From Octopus sinensis (lineage: Eukaryota), in assembly GCF_006345805.1 (NCBI RefSeq), contig NC_043006.1, positions 24,924,001-24,988,000 of the forward strand: 64,000 bases of DNA. The letters run 5' to 3'. Position numbers and translations under genes: made by a program. The stretch's first letter is position 1. Each line of letters starts with the position of its first letter. Positions 37,942 to 51,985 of this stretch are shown here, piece after piece. The notes beneath the pieces were generated by a model that made no database searches, was not told where the DNA came from, and saw only the letters and a program-made list of their open reading frames with translations.

Positions 37942-39367
37942 CTGTAAAAACCCATGTAATTTGTGCATCTGAGTAATTTACGCAGATGATTTTCAGGATA
38001 AAAATTGTTATAAAAAGTGGCTTCTACTCGTGTAAAATTCGCAACCAAAAGTTTTCAGAATTGCTGATAAATCCAGAGGAAAAAGGTTTCAATTTAGTTG
38101 TATGTAGTATAATTTCACTTATGATTAGATTTTATTTAATTTTCATTAAATAAAAATAATTCCTGTTTAACACGTATCACATTGAAAGCTATTAAATTAT
38201 GAACTGTTTGTGTCGTTTATAATAAACTTTATTTTACATTTCTTGACCACAAAAGATTATGTCCAATCTTTAGCTTACTTCTGTATGTCTTCTCAAATCA
38301 CAATCACAGGAAAAGTTGTTGATAATTCTTATCAACAAAAATAAAGCTAATAAATATGCACAAATGTTGCAAAATAAATTTAATTACAAATAAACATCAG
38401 CATGGATGACACTTTACTCAACTGACAGAAGAAGGTTACTGATCAAACTGATTCTGTAAACAGAATTCTGATTGATTGAAAATGTCTTCTTGTCTCAAGC
38501 TATAATTTTCTGCCTATTCTTGTTGGAACCTTTGATACTGTGTCAAAATTTTAATCCCTTTTACACTTATAAAATATCAAGTGAACTTAAAAATTTGTCG
38601 TTACCATTGAACAAGAGTGGTGCGAAATTTAAGAAGTGACTTGCTAGACTATGCATGTCTCTGAGGAGACAAACAAGAATAACAAAAATCTACTATACCA
38701 AAAGAACATACATTACAAATGTTCTATGAAGAGAACATAAGAATGCTGCATGATTCAACATGAATGTGAAACGACATTAAACATTGTATAAGGTAAATGA
38801 AGGTTTCAGTAGGAATGCTAAGTCATATTCATTTAGTGAGTTTACATGCGCAAGAATGAATTATGATGTCGTCAGCGACGTCGGTGGTGATGAATCTCAT
38901 TGTTCTAAAGCGGAGAAAGTGAGCAATAGCTTCCTGGAGGCTAACGCTAGCTAGACTTCTTAAGCAGAGAAAAACTGATCTATTTAAGGAAATTGCTGGG
39001 CTCCATTGCAATAGGTAGAAATTCCAAGCAATGTAAAATATGGCCCGGACCATGATTACCAGCATGAACGTCAAACTTCAAAAAGTAGTTAACCATTCAA
39101 TGGTTTTAGTAAATTCATACAGAAAGAGTAAGCATTATACCATCCAGCATAAATAAAAGTCAACTTCATTATATTTTTTCAGTAAAAATCTATTCTGACA
39201 TTAAATGAGTCAACTTCTGGTACAAATGTTTATGTTTGTATGTCTTTTTTCAACAAAAGAATTTCTAGAATAATTCTGGAAATGATCTACTCATGTAATT
39301 TACACACCCACTAAAGTTTATTTTTGTTTTGGGAAAAAAAGGGCATAAATTACATGGGTTTTTACAG
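37942..39367. mobile_element. Non-autonomous Tc1/pogo-type TIR element, 1426 bp
   Basis: TA|CTGTAAAAACCCATGTAATTT(G/A)TGC 25-bp TIRs with 1 mismatch, and TA on the right flank. Confidence 0.85.
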
Positions 39368-40189
39368 TAATTGTTTCTGGTAGTACAGTGATATAGTGTA
39401 TAGCATCAAAACATTGCTTTGTTTGTTTATTTGTTTGTGTTCCTTCCTTGTGTGGATAAAACTTGACTCATTTAGTGGGTATGCATGTCACTTTAATACA
39501 CAAGTGTGTTTGATTATTGTTTGTGTGTGTTCCAGTGTACATGTGATTATGTTCAGTCCAGAATCCTCAAATAGATAATCCCTGGAATGTTTTACAAATC
39601 ATTGTACCACTAATTGATTGTGCGTGGAGAATGTAAAGACAGTTTGCTTTTTTTTTTCTTTTGAGAATCACATTTTGAGTTTGTTTTATCCAAATCTGTT
39701 ATTGCATAACCCTGTGCCTTTTATTAATAAGTACAAATGAAAGTCTATAGCCTGGATATTAGAGATGTACGTTTTTCATTAGATTTCCATAGATGTTCTC
39801 ATTTGCCCCATGTTTTGTCAAAGCATTTATGTTTGCCAGGCAGATGATCTCTACAACAATGTGTAACATTTGCTCCTTGTCCCTCTCTCTCTTTCGGAGA
39901 GGCACAAGCACCTACACGCACATATACACACACGGCAGTAACTTCCGCCTGCCGAATTCAATCACAAAGCTTCGGTCGGCTCGGGGCTATAGCGGAAGAC
40001 ACCTACCCAAAGTGCCACGCAGTGGGACTGAACCCGAAACCACCATAGAATAATATCTGTTCTAAAGTGTTTTCATTGGACTGATGTTTTTATTGTAATG
40101 CTCTACCAGTATTTTGGTTCTAGAGTTTCTTTGGTATGTTCAACAAGACAACCCTTCTGCTGTAAAGCTTTTGAAAATAGTTTTAGTGT

Positions 40190-40633
40190 AAGTGTGGCTG
40201 TGTGGTAAGAAGCTTGCTTCCCAACCACATCATTCTGGGTTCATTCCCACTGTGTTGCACCTTGGGCAAGTTTCTTCTACTATATAGCCTTGGGCCAACC
40301 AAAGCCTTGTGAGTGGATTCAGGAGAAAGAAACTGAAAAGAGCCTTAAAGGCAGTGAGCTGGCAGAAATGTTAGCACTCCGGGTGAAATGCTTAGCGGTA
40401 TTTTGTCTGCCGTTATGTTCTGAGTTCAAATTCTGCCGAGGCCAACTTAGCCTTTCATCTTTTCTGGGTCGATTAAATAAGTACCAGTTACGCACTGGGA
40501 TCGATATAATTGACTTAATCCATTTGTCTTTCCTTGTTTGTCCCCCTCTGTGTGTAGTCCCTTGTGGGCAGTAAAGAAATAAGACACTGAAAAGCTCCTG
40601 TTGGATATATGTGTTTGTGTGTGTGTGTATGTT

Positions 40634-40722
<89 letters not shown>

Positions 40723-40925
40723 ATTTTCCACTACCACTTGATAATCAGTGTTGGTATATTTATGTTCCTGTAACTTAGCAATTCAGCAAAAGAGACCTAT
40801 AGAATAAGTTACCAGGCTTATGTATATAAAAAGTACTGAGATCAATTCACTTGACTAAGAATTCTTCAAGGTGGTACCTCAGCATGGCCACATTCTAATG
40901 ACTGAAACAAGTAAAAGATAAAAGA
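40190..40925 (+). mobile_element. SINE family 1 interrupted by a SINE family 2 copy (40346-40590)
   Basis: Family-1 head, intact family-2 copy, actgaaaag on both sides, then (TG)n and family-1 tail. Confidence 0.8.
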
Positions 40926-41078
40926 TAACAACAGTGTCATGTCCTATTGGAAGTTACTGGCTTGTGGACAGTTTTGGACTGCCCATGATGATGATGATGT
41001 AATATCTTCCACACCAGTAGTTCTCAATCAACATTTCCATTTACAACATGGAGCTTTAGAAACATTCTTATCTCTATA

Positions 41079-41254
41079 GGCGCAGAAGTGGCTGTGTGGT
41101 AAGTAGCTTGCTAACCAACCACATAGTTCCAGGTTCAGTCCCACTGCATGGCATCTTGGGCAAGTGTCTTCTGCTATAGCCCCGGGCCGACCAATGCCTT
41201 GTGAGTGGATTTGGTAGACAGAAACTGAAAGAAGCCCGTCATATATATGTGTAT

Positions 41255-41323
<69 letters not shown>

Positions 41324-41533
41324 TGTGTGTCTGTGTTTGTCTCCCTAGCATTGCTTGACAACCGATGCTGGTGTGTTTACGTCCCCCTCACTTAGCGGTT
41401 CGGCAAAAGAAACTGATAGAATAAATACTGGGCTTACAAAGAATAAGTCCCGGGGCCGATTTGCTCGACTAAAGGCGGTGCTCCAGCATGGCCGCAGGCA
41501 AATGACTGAAACAAGTAAAAGAGTAAAAGAGAG
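41079..41533 (+). mobile_element. SINE family 1, full length
   Basis: Full head and tail. Confidence 0.88.
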
Positions 41534-42821
41534 AGTATTGTTGATCAAACATTTAGTAGTTATCTCTTTTCTTTAATACCAATGATGTAGTCTTCTATGC
41601 ATCTATCAAAAGTCCATCAGAGGTTACTAATCCTGCTAATGTTATTGATATTGTTTGTGAGATGCATATCTATGCATAATTATTTGCTGGTATGATGAGT
41701 ATTTTCTCCTCCAAGTTTCTTTTTAACTAGGTCAGTTCAGCTACCCTTGATCACATGGAACAACAGTTCACTCACAATACTTATTCAGGAGCTCTTTGCC
41801 TAATTTCATGATGTTATTCATCATCATCATCATCCTTATTTAACGTCTGTCTTCCATGATGGCATAGATTGGATAGTTTGACAAGACTTGGCAAGCCAGA
41901 GAACTGCACCAATCTTCACTGTCTGTTTTGGCAGAGTCTTGCAGCTGGATACCCTTCCTAACACCTATAATTTTAACAGAGTTGATTGGGTACTTTTTGC
42001 ATGGCACCAATACCAACGAGGTCTGCATTGGCATGTTCATACAGCTGGATGCCTTTTCAATGCCAACCTCTTTACAGAGTGGACTGGATGCTTTTTATGT
42101 GATACCAGCACCAGCAAGGTCACTGAGTAATTTACAAAACAAAGATCCTTTGAGAGGGGAGTGGTATTGAAGAAGGTGGTTATATGTCAGATGATGATAG
42201 GTTAGAGTATGACAGAGAGACATAAAAACAGGTGTCTTGATATAGAGGGGATACATGCTTACCTCAATCAAGGGAAGAGAGAAAGTGAGAGAGAGAGAGA
42301 GCAAGAATGAGAGAGTGAGAGAGATGCTCACTACTGTTACATATCTATTGAAACATACTAGCCTCATTCCTCTCCAGTCTATTGTATCTTGTCAGCATTC
42401 AGGGTCCATATCACATTACCATGGAGTATAGCTATTTGCGCTCAAGCATCATACAATCTACCTTTCACTCTGAGAGAGAGAGAGTCCTTTTGTTGCCAAC
42501 AGAGATAATAGCTCTCTGAATTTCCTCCATCCTCTTATTCTAACAACGATACTTTCAGAATATCCTCCACCACTGCTAATTTGGTCACCTAGGTAACAGA
42601 AACTGTCTACAACCTCAAGAGAGTATACTGGGCATTTGAGAAAACCACTTTCCCATGTGACCTTGGATTTTGTGATACCTGTGTATCTTCTATAAGCAAA
42701 ACCTGTCTCCATTAACCTTCCTGAGATTCCACTGCATCCCGTGTGTTCTTGCACTGGGTACACTGTACGGAGTTACTGTGTACAGTTTTTCTACAAATTG
42801 AGCAGGGCCATTTACCTACTG

Positions 42822-45161
42822 CATGGGCCACCAAACTACGGCCCGCGACATCAATTTGTCCAGCCCACCATCATAAGATTAAAAAAAATAAACATGCTTT
42901 TATACAGCTTCTTACACTTCTTAGATTACACATGGTGTATGTATACTGAGTCAGTCACATCATGTGCTACGTACTTCACGCGCCATAATAATTATTACAG
43001 TACATCACATGTGCCTCAGGCTAGTCAGTTATTAGTGATTACAATTAAAATGTGAATATCTGATGCCGAGGCCTAAGACTGCTTTTGTTTTTCTTCACCC
43101 ATCATTATGAATGTTGCATTTTCAGTAAAGAATGGGGAGAAAAATACTTCTTTGTGGAAACAAACAGCCAGAAGGCTAGTTCCCTGATATGCAACAAAAG
43201 TGTTGCTGTTATGAAAGAGTACAATATTCATTGTCACTACGAAGCAAAACATCTCTCAACACATTCTAAATATTCTGGAAAATTGCAGTCTGAGAAATTT
43301 GAATCTATGAAACGCAGTTTGGAATCTCAAAGGAATTTCTTTACGAAAAAGTTTGTTGAAAATGAATCTATCACTTGTGTAAGTTACAAAATAGTGAATA
43401 AGTTGACAGAGCAAGGAAAACCATTTACTGATGGAAACTTTCTAAAAAAGTGCATGATGGAAGCAGCAAATGACTTGTGTCCTGCAAAAGCTAACATGTT
43501 TTGCTGTATCAGCCTTTCAACAAGTTGAGTTGTGCAGAGAATAGAAGAACTTGCGGATAATATGCAGTTACAGATACATGAGAAAGCTAAGACATTTTTG
43601 TGGTATTCTCTTGCGATGGATGAGTCTACTGATCTCTCTAGTATGTCACAGCTTCTTGTGTTCATTTGTGGTGTCAATTGCAACTTTGAGATTATAGAAG
43701 AAATGGCATCTGTTTGCTGTATACATGGAACAACAACTGGAGAAGATATTTTCATAGAGGTGCAGAAAACTTTGCAAAACTATAACCTTCAGTGGAATCA
43801 GCTTCGGTGTGTTACAGTTGATGGAGGAAAAAACATGACAGGAGTGAGGAAAGGTTTGGTAGGGTGGATCCAGACAAAGTTAGAGGAGCTTCAACTTTCA
43901 AAGGCTCTGTTTATACACTGCATTATACATCAGCAAACACTCTGTGGAAAGCACTTAGATATTTCTTGCGTACTAAAGCCGGTTACAACTGTGGTGAACT
44001 TTATTTGGAATCATGGGCTTAATCACCGACAGTTCCAGGCTTTCCTCGAAGAAAAGGATTCTAATTTCTGTGACTTGCTTTACTACACAGAAGTGCAATG
44101 GCTCAGTTGCGGTAAAGCCTTGTTTCATTTTTATAACCTCCGAAGAGAAATAGATCTTTTTCTCATCGAAAAGAATAGAGCTGATCCACAGCTGTCAGAT
44201 CCTTCGTGGTTATCAAAGTTGTCATTTTTAGTTGACGTCACCTCTCATATGAATGAATTGAATTTAAAACTGAAAGGAAAGAATAACCTTGTCTGTGATC
44301 TCTACAGAATTATTATAGCATTTCAGAAGAAGCTATCATTGTTTGAAGCACAACTTGAAAGAGGAGACTTCTCTCATTTTCAGTGTTTTTAAGAGTTTTG
44401 CACAGAAAATGTAGAACATGTTAACCTCAAGTTTCAGAAAAAAATTATTTGGGACTTAAATAAGCATTTTTCTCAAAGATTTTCAGATCTTGATAGAATT
44501 GAGAATGAAATTCTTTTGTTTGAGAATCCCTTTGGCTGTAATCTTGATAACATGCCAACTGAACTATAACTGGAGCTTATTGACTTCCAAGCTGATACTT
44601 TGTTGAAAGAGAAGCACAGAGAAGGAAAACTCATTGAATTTTATTGCTGCTTGCCTGCTGATGAGTTTTCAAAATTGAAAAAAGTTGCCTCAGGTATGTC
44701 ATCAGTTTTTGGAAAAACTTGTTAGTGAGTAAACTTTTTCAAAAACGAAGTGTGTGAAGTCAATGCATCGAACAAGGACCACGGATGAACATTTGAAAGC
44801 AATTTTTATGGTTGGTTGCAGCAATCATGAAGCAAATGTTGATGATATTTTGGAAGCAAAACGCCAGTTTCACAAATCTCATTAACTTTTGTGCTGCTTA
44901 CTTTTTATGCAATTCAGCTATGTGCGCATTTTTTCTAAAAATTCTAACTTGGTAATATTTTGGTATTATTAAAATGTTTATTGTTTTTATTATTTTGTGT
45001 ATTTTATGTATTGGTAAATAACTAGGATGACTGTCTTTATTTTTTGTGTACATTCAGTGTATTCTGTATTGTACTAAATTGAACAAAATATTTATCCGGC
45101 CCATGCCTGGCATTTTTTTAGCTATATCTGGCCCACTATGAAAAAAGTTTGGTGACCCCTG
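42822..45161 (+). mobile_element. hAT (Charlie/SPIN, GTF2IRD2-like) DNA transposon, 2340 bp
   Basis: TIRs CATGGGCCACCAAACT and AGTTTGGTGACCCCTG; 8-bp TSD ACCTACTG/ACTTACTG. Confidence 0.92.
43100..44880 (+). pseudogene. hAT transposase, disrupted by stop codons
   Basis: EW.EKYFF..KEYNI..HY..KH; YSLAMDESTD; TTGEDIF; TVDGGKNM.G; HCIIHQQ.LC; EVQWLS.G; hATC-like C-terminus. Confidence 0.9.
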
Positions 45162-46089
45162 ACTTACTGGAAAGAGAGTTTTATTTGCTTTCTTGCTAAC
45201 AAATTTGGTTTTTGCTAGATTAATTTTAAGCCTTTTGATTCCAGCTTTTGTTTTCATACCTGAAATTTCTTCAATTCCACCCCACAGGCAGCCAGTTTTA
45301 AAGTTCCCTGTTATAGCAAGGAGGACTATGATGAATAAGAGGGGACTAATAACTGAGGATCCATAACGGAACCCTAGTGAACCGTACTTGTACACTAAAT
45401 TTATCACTGTACTCATGGCCAACTCTTCCCCTACTGACAGCATCACTATACCTGGCTTGTACAACTCTAACAAGCTATTCATCTACTCCTAACTTCCTTA
45501 GACACCACCAGATAATAGAGCAAGGGCCTTTGTCAAAAGTTTTCTCCAGGTGGTGAAAGTCAAGTACAATGGTTTACTTTTGGCCAGATACTTCTCCTGC
45601 AGCTGTCTCACTAGGAAAATGGCATCTGTGGTACTGTATTGTGTGTAGTATAATTCTATTCATAATCAGGCTATATTTCTCTCTGTAATTTTTATGATTT
45701 GCTTCACAGTTTGATACCTTTGTAGTTTTTCAATCAAAGGTATCGCCTTAACCCTTGTTGCAGCTAACTATAATACTACTACACAAGTCATTGGGGAGGA
45801 TGCCTTCCTGAATAACCTGATTAACTATTGAATATTCATATGGTGTATTCATTTCTTTCTTTACTGTCCACTAGGTATTGTCTAATTAATATGATGCACT
45901 TCAGATTCCTGTTCAATATTTGGGAAAGGAGTAAGCAGCATTGCACCTGGTGTATCTTGTGTAAGCTATAGCCACACGAGGGGTACACTGGGATGCTTAA
46001 CAGCGAAGGTAATGCAGTAGATGCATAAGAACAATAATTTCAAAGAGACCACTGTGAAATAGATACTATAAATTTTACTATCAATTAAA

Positions 46090-46445
46090 TCATTTAGATG
46101 ATCTAATTAGCAACAGGGGATAGGTGTTCAGAAAGCCAATAGGAAATAGATACTGTTGAAGTATAGCTTTTGTCATCTGGGTGATCTAATTAACAGTGAG
46201 AATAGGTGTTTGAAGAACATAGAAGCCAGAATAAGAATGAGCTAATAAAACCTCAGAGAGCTATTACCTCTGCTAGTAATGAAGGGCTTCTAGCTCTGGT
46301 TGAAGGCAGATTGTTTGATTCCTGTGTGCAGAGTGCAGTGTGACATGATAATGAGACATGGGTCTTGGATGCAGAGGAATTGTAGAAACTAGAAAGAAAT
46401 TATGTCAAAATGTTTCACTGGATATGTAATTTTAGTGTACATGAT
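46090..46445 (+). mobile_element. Old RTE RT fragment
   Basis: SFCHLGDLI..RELLPLLVMKG..ETWVL..LERN. Confidence 0.7.
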
Positions 46446-46489
46446 CAACATCATTTTATCATTATGTTGTCTTTGGTGCAATTGATTAG

Positions 46490-48790
46490 CATGTTCAGCT
46501 ATTGATCAAAAGGTTGGTGGTTCATGCCCAACTAGGAACAAGAACTTTTCCTTTAAGGCTGTGTGTTTAACATCTGTCTTCCTTGCTGGCATTGAGTTGG
46601 ATGATTTTACAGAAGCTAGGCAAGCAAGAGAGCTGCACCAGGCTCCATTGTCTGCTTTGGCATGGTTTCTATGGTTGGATGCCCTTCTTAATGCCAACCA
46701 CTTTACAGATGGATGGACTGGATGCTCTTTACATGGTTTTTCCTAGCTCATTCTTACTCTGGCTTTTATGTTCTTCAAACAGCAAAGTTGCCAAGTAACT
46801 TGTGAGACAAAGACCTCTCAGTTGAGAGAGGGAACGGAACTGAGGAAGGTGACTTTGTGCCAGTTAAGAGGTTAAAATATAATAGAAGGATAGAGATAGG
46901 TGACTTATTATAGAAGAGATGCTTGGATACCCACATAGGAAAATAAAGGAAAGGAAGGAGAGATAGAGTTAGAGAGAAATAGGTTGTGGAACTGAGGTGG
47001 GGGGGTATAAGTGATGTAGAGTGGATAGAAGAGGATGTTCCATAAGAGTGTGAGGGGAGATGTTTAGAAATGGGGAAGAAGTGATTGTAGAAGTCATGGT
47101 GAGGGAAATTGAAGTGGCTGGAAATAAGGTATGGTTGATATATGATGTCATGGAGAGTGTGCAGGTAGGCACACGGGATATGGTTGAGTGACCTGTACAG
47201 GGTGGTGATCATGGATGGTGGGGGTGGGGTGGGGTAAGATGAGTTGTAGGGGAGTTTTGACAGAGGACAGATTATCTGTGTATGTGAGGGGAGGGCATGG
47301 TCATAAAGAACATGCCTGTATGTATGGATGGCCACTATTTTATTTAGTTTAATGTGTCTTCTCAAGCACAGCAAATCACCGGTAGTCTTGGTCCATTATT
47401 ATCTCCCCTGTGAAGCTTAACATCTGAAGATCATTTCTCACTACTTCTTCCCATGTCTTCTAGGGCCTAGCTCTTCCACAAGTTCCCTCTACAGTTAGAG
47501 ATTGGTGCTTCTTTATGCAGCTATCATCATCCATACACATCACATGACCATACCACACAGTCTTCTTTCTTGCACACTATATCCGATGCCTCTTATACCC
47601 AATTCTTCTCTTAAAACATTTACATTCTGTTGTACATGTACACTGACATTGCACATCCAGCAGAACATGTTGGTGTCATTTCTTTCAAGTCTTTGCATGT
47701 CCTCTGCCATTACACCCCATGTTTCACTGCCATATAGCTTAGCTGTCTGTACACAGGCATCATACAATCTGCCTTTTACTCTGAGGGAGAGGCCCTTTAT
47801 TATCAACAAAGCTAGTAGTTCACTGAACTTTGCCCAGCCTAGTCTTAATCTAGCAACTATGCTTTTAGAGCATCCAACTCCACTGCTAACTTGATTGCTT
47901 AGGTTGCAGAAGCTATATACTACTTCTAAGGGTCCCCACTCCAGGCATTTGAGGAAGTATATTTCCTGTACATTCTTAGTGTTTATTGTACCTTCACATA
48001 CAAAGATTACTTTATCTGTTTATCTTCCCGTGATACCACTGCACCTCTTATGTATCTGTAGCTGGCATTGGGTACATCATATGGAATTCCTACCTACACC
48101 TTTTCTTCAAATCAAGCAGGGCCATCTCCCCAAAGGGATTGGTGTTTTGTCTGCTTTCCTACTTACTACTCTAAGGCTCTTTAATTCTAGACCTTGCTTC
48201 CACACCTGAAGTTTCTTCTCCATTTCTACTAGAGAACAAGTCATCAGCATAGAGGAGCCCCTAAGGGCAACCAGACTTAAATTCCTCTGCTATGGCCTGG
48301 AGGATAAATAAGATGGGACTAAGAACTGATCCTTGGTGAATTCCTACCTTTACACCAAATTTGTTGCTTTACTCATTGCTGACTTTCACCTGATTAACAG
48401 CATCCCTGTACATGGCCTGTACAACTCTCACCAGCCACTTATCTATCCCTAGCTTCTACATTGTCCACCAGGTAGGAGAGCAGGGGTTCCTGTCAAAAGC
48501 TTTCTCCATGTAACAAAAGCCAAGTACAGAGGTTTATTTTTTGCTAAATGCTTTTCCTGCAATTGTCTTACTAGGAAGATAGCATCAGCAGTGCTTCTCC
48601 CTGACACAAAACCAAACTGCATATCATCTAAGCAAACTCTCTTCCTAATTAATTGAGCTATGACCCTCACTGTAATTTTCATCACCTGGTTCAATGATTC
48701 GAAACTTCTGTAATTATTTCTGTCTACAGCCACACCTTTTCCTTTGACAAAAGAATTCTTGATTGATGGTCTGACTCCGGGGGACAAAAT
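46490..48790 (-). mobile_element. RTE LINE 3' portion (RT, 3' UTR, tail)
   Basis: QFGF.SGRST.DAIF.VRQLQEK..LAF; QGSVLSP.LF; KGRLYDACV..GSETW. Confidence 0.85.
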
Positions 48791-49154
48791 GAATGGCTCT
48801 GCACAGATCCCAGATCAAAATTTTAAAAAACCCCAGAAAAGTAGCATTCAGTGAACACATCAACATTTGCACCAATAACAGAGAAAAAAAAAAAAACTAG
48901 TTTCAGAATTTTTCCCCTCTGTATTCAGGGACAATACAACCTGTAAAAGTTGTTCTTTATTACAAAATACAAACCCCTTTTGAATGCACCCCACAACAAA
49001 TGACATATTCGCCAGGGCCTTATTCATTCAAAAGAGTCACCTCAAGAATTTATTCAGAACAATCCCAATCACTAGGATCATCCATGAGTCACTTTTAGGT
49101 CACTTCACCATTTAACATCCTGCTACTGTCATACCACTCCTACATTCTTTTATT

Positions 49155-49290
49155 ATTCTTTCTTTCTTTCTTTCTTCTTCTTCTTCTCTTCTTCTTCTTC
49201 TCTTCTTCTTCTTCTTCTTCTTCTTCTTCTTCTTCTTCTTCTTCTCCTCTTCTTCTTCTTCTTCTTCTCCTCCTCCTCCTCCTCCACTAC
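49155..49290. repeat. (CTT)n/(CCT)n microsatellite
   Basis: Direct reading. Confidence 0.9.
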
Positions 49291-49616
49291 CTCCTTACTA
49301 TATTACTACTGCTGCTTAAACAATCAAAGACAAGAATTCATATCAAACAAGTTGCTGCTGACTACCTAGAACCCACAAGAGTAAAAAAGAGAGACAGAGA
49401 CAGGTGGAAAAAAAGGAAAATGTCCCTTGTATTTGAAAACTATGAAAATAGTTTTTTTAAAAAAACATTTCATTCAATTTTTCCACAATTTAATTGTTTT
49501 TCATACTTTACTACTTTACTGTAAGTTGGAAAAGTTGCAATGACTAAAATGTTTTGCATGATAAAATTATTTTAACATTTTCTACCTTGTCTTATTTCCC
49601 TTATATATATATATAT

Positions 49617-50170
49617 ATGGTGGCTGCCCCCTTGTTATCGAGTATGGCTATTGCATGAAGCTTAATCAATGTTCTTATTGTGCAATGCCTGTGCAAGAAG
49701 ATTTTTTTTAAAGTGAAGAAAAGCTGTGCACTGAGTCAATCCCACTCACTGAGCAACAGCAGCCATAATCCGAAAAGAAGAACAAGTCAACATCATCGGT
49801 AACCACTGAGCCGCAGGTTTTATATCGGAGTTATCCTAGTTACCTGAGTTACCTTCTCCTAGAAGGATGCCCTAACAAAGGCTAGGAGTCCTTCACTCCC
49901 AATGGTTTAATCGTGCGATAGGGTATTCAGTTCGATTATTTCTATGTCCCCGCGCATGATACAGCATTAAGACATTTATTGGATGGCCGTTGACTCTCAA
50001 GAGTTCCTCCGCCCTTTGACAGGTTTTTTTTTTCATCCCGCAGGGTGTCCAATAAACACTCTCCTCACCAAGCAAGCTTGGTGGGGTTGCCGGTTTAGTC
50101 ACCGACGACCCGACCATGCCACAGGTTGTACTGGGTTACATGTTACCAGTAGCACTCGAAAGTGACCTGA
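49617..50170 (-). mobile_element. Non-coding, RTE-related non-autonomous retroposon
   Basis: CpG-rich block between (TA)n tracts; gggcatccttctaggagaaggtaactc is RTE-5'UTR-like; family assignment is from memory. Confidence 0.5.
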
Positions 50171-50234
50171 TATACGTATGACATATGTATGTATATATAT
50201 ATATATAATATATATATATATATAGATATATATA

Positions 50235-50289
<55 letters not shown>

Positions 50290-50725
50290 CAAATCAAAAT
50301 AGACGAACATCAATGGAATTTGTATCTTTGTGGTACCAGTGCTGGTGGCACATAAGAAAACCATCCGAACGTGGCCGTAGCCAGTACCGCATCGACTGGC
50401 CTCCGTGCTGTGGGCATGTAACAAACACCATCCGATCGTGGCCGTTCGCCAGCCTCGTCTGGCACCTGTGTCGGTGGCACATAAAAAACACCATCCGAGC
50501 GTGGCCGTTCGCCAGCTTCGTCTGGCACCTGTGTCGGTGGAACATAAAATCACCCACTACACTCTCAGAGTGGTTAGCGTTAGGAAGGGCATCCAGCTGT
50601 AGAAACACTGCCAGATCTGACTGGCCTGGTGCAGCCTTCGGGCTCCCCAGACCCCAGTTGAACCGTCCAACCCATGCTAGCATGGAAAGCAGACATTAAA
50701 CGATGATGATGATGATGATGATGAT
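50290..50725 (+). mobile_element. RTE 3' UTR/tail with tandem hairpin units
   Basis: Same block as 8330-8742. Confidence 0.85.
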
Positions 50726-50799
50726 ATGTATATATATATACATACATACACACATATATTTACTAGATTACTGACATTTAGCAATAGTTACCCCCATTG

Positions 50800-51985
50800 T
50801 GTTAATGTGCTATTTTTTATCATTAATAAAACTGTTGGTATTTTTGACAACATGGGTATGCCATAACAGACAGGTCATCTTGAACACAGAAAATTGCCAA
50901 TCATCTAGATCCCTTGTAATCTCCTCCATGAGGCTCAACATGTTGAAATCAGCCTTCACTACTTCATTTTTTGTTTTCTTGGGCCTCTTTCCTCTGCAAG
51001 TTCCATCCACTTTCAGCAATTGGCACTTTTCCAGACAGCTGTCCTTATCCTTAGACATCACATGACTATCCTAATGCAGTCTTCTCTCTTGCACGCTATA
51101 TCTGATTCCTCTTATGCCAAGTTTCTTGTCAACACATTCATACCTTGTTGTTTACAAACACTGATTGTGCACATCCAATGAAGTATACTAGATTTATTCC
51201 TTTCTAGTCTCTGTATGTTCTCTGCATTCAGGGCCCGTGCCTCACTGTCCTTTAACACTGCTATTCACACACAAGCCTCATACAATCTGCCTTTTACTCT
51301 CAAAGGGAATTTTTGTTCCCAACAGAGGTAATAACTCTAAATTTTCATCATCTTGTCCTTATTCTAGTAATTATCCTTTATGAACAAGCTCTTTTGCAAA
51401 TTTGGTCAGCTAAGTAACAGACACTATTACATCTAGGGAACCTTCAGGACACTCAAGAAAATCTAATTCCCATGTGTTCCCAAGCATCTGCCCTATACAA
51501 AGTCTACTTTCTGTGTTAGTCTTCCTATGATTTTTCTGCATATCCACAACTTGCACTGGGTATAAATTCTAAACACTGTATAGGATTTTACTCAACCTTT
51601 CCCATATATCAAGCAGGGCCATTTAGTTAAAGGGAGTAGAGTCCTTCCCTTCTCCTGCTTACTAAATCGTGGATTTTTGCTAAGTAATCTTTAAGATTCT
51701 TTGATTTCATGCTTTACTTCCACATCTGGATTTTCTGTTCTAAAGTTACCATAGATTCTGCTATAAGAATGAGATTATCAGCATCTACTGTTCTCAAGCT
51801 AGCTGATCTTAAGTTCTTCTGTCATGGCCTAGAAAACAATAATGAATAGGTGACTGAGTATGAAGCCCTGGTAAACTCACACCTGTAAATCAAATTTATT
51901 ACTGTACTCACTGCTAACTCTCACCTTATTGAGAACACCTCTATACATGGCTTGTATGGCTCTCTTAAGCCATTTATCTACAGAT
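50800..51985 (-). mobile_element. RTE RT fragment, degenerate
   Basis: CQLLKVDGTCRGKRPKKT..DW; GLHTQSP..LLAD. Confidence 0.75.

Larger units (their letters stand above)
41815..45635 (-). mobile_element. RTE LINE fragment interrupted by a hAT transposon
   Basis: RT pieces (..FVSKKANKTLFPV|GKWPCSIC..) join across the hAT; tail at 41815-42130. Confidence 0.8.

Noticed and set aside
49840-49900. HDV-like ribozyme candidate (GG-GCAT-CCTTCT-agg-AGAAGG-TAA) on the minus strand
   Set aside because: A P4-like hairpin is present, but there is no catalytic C in J4/2 and no consistent P1/P3
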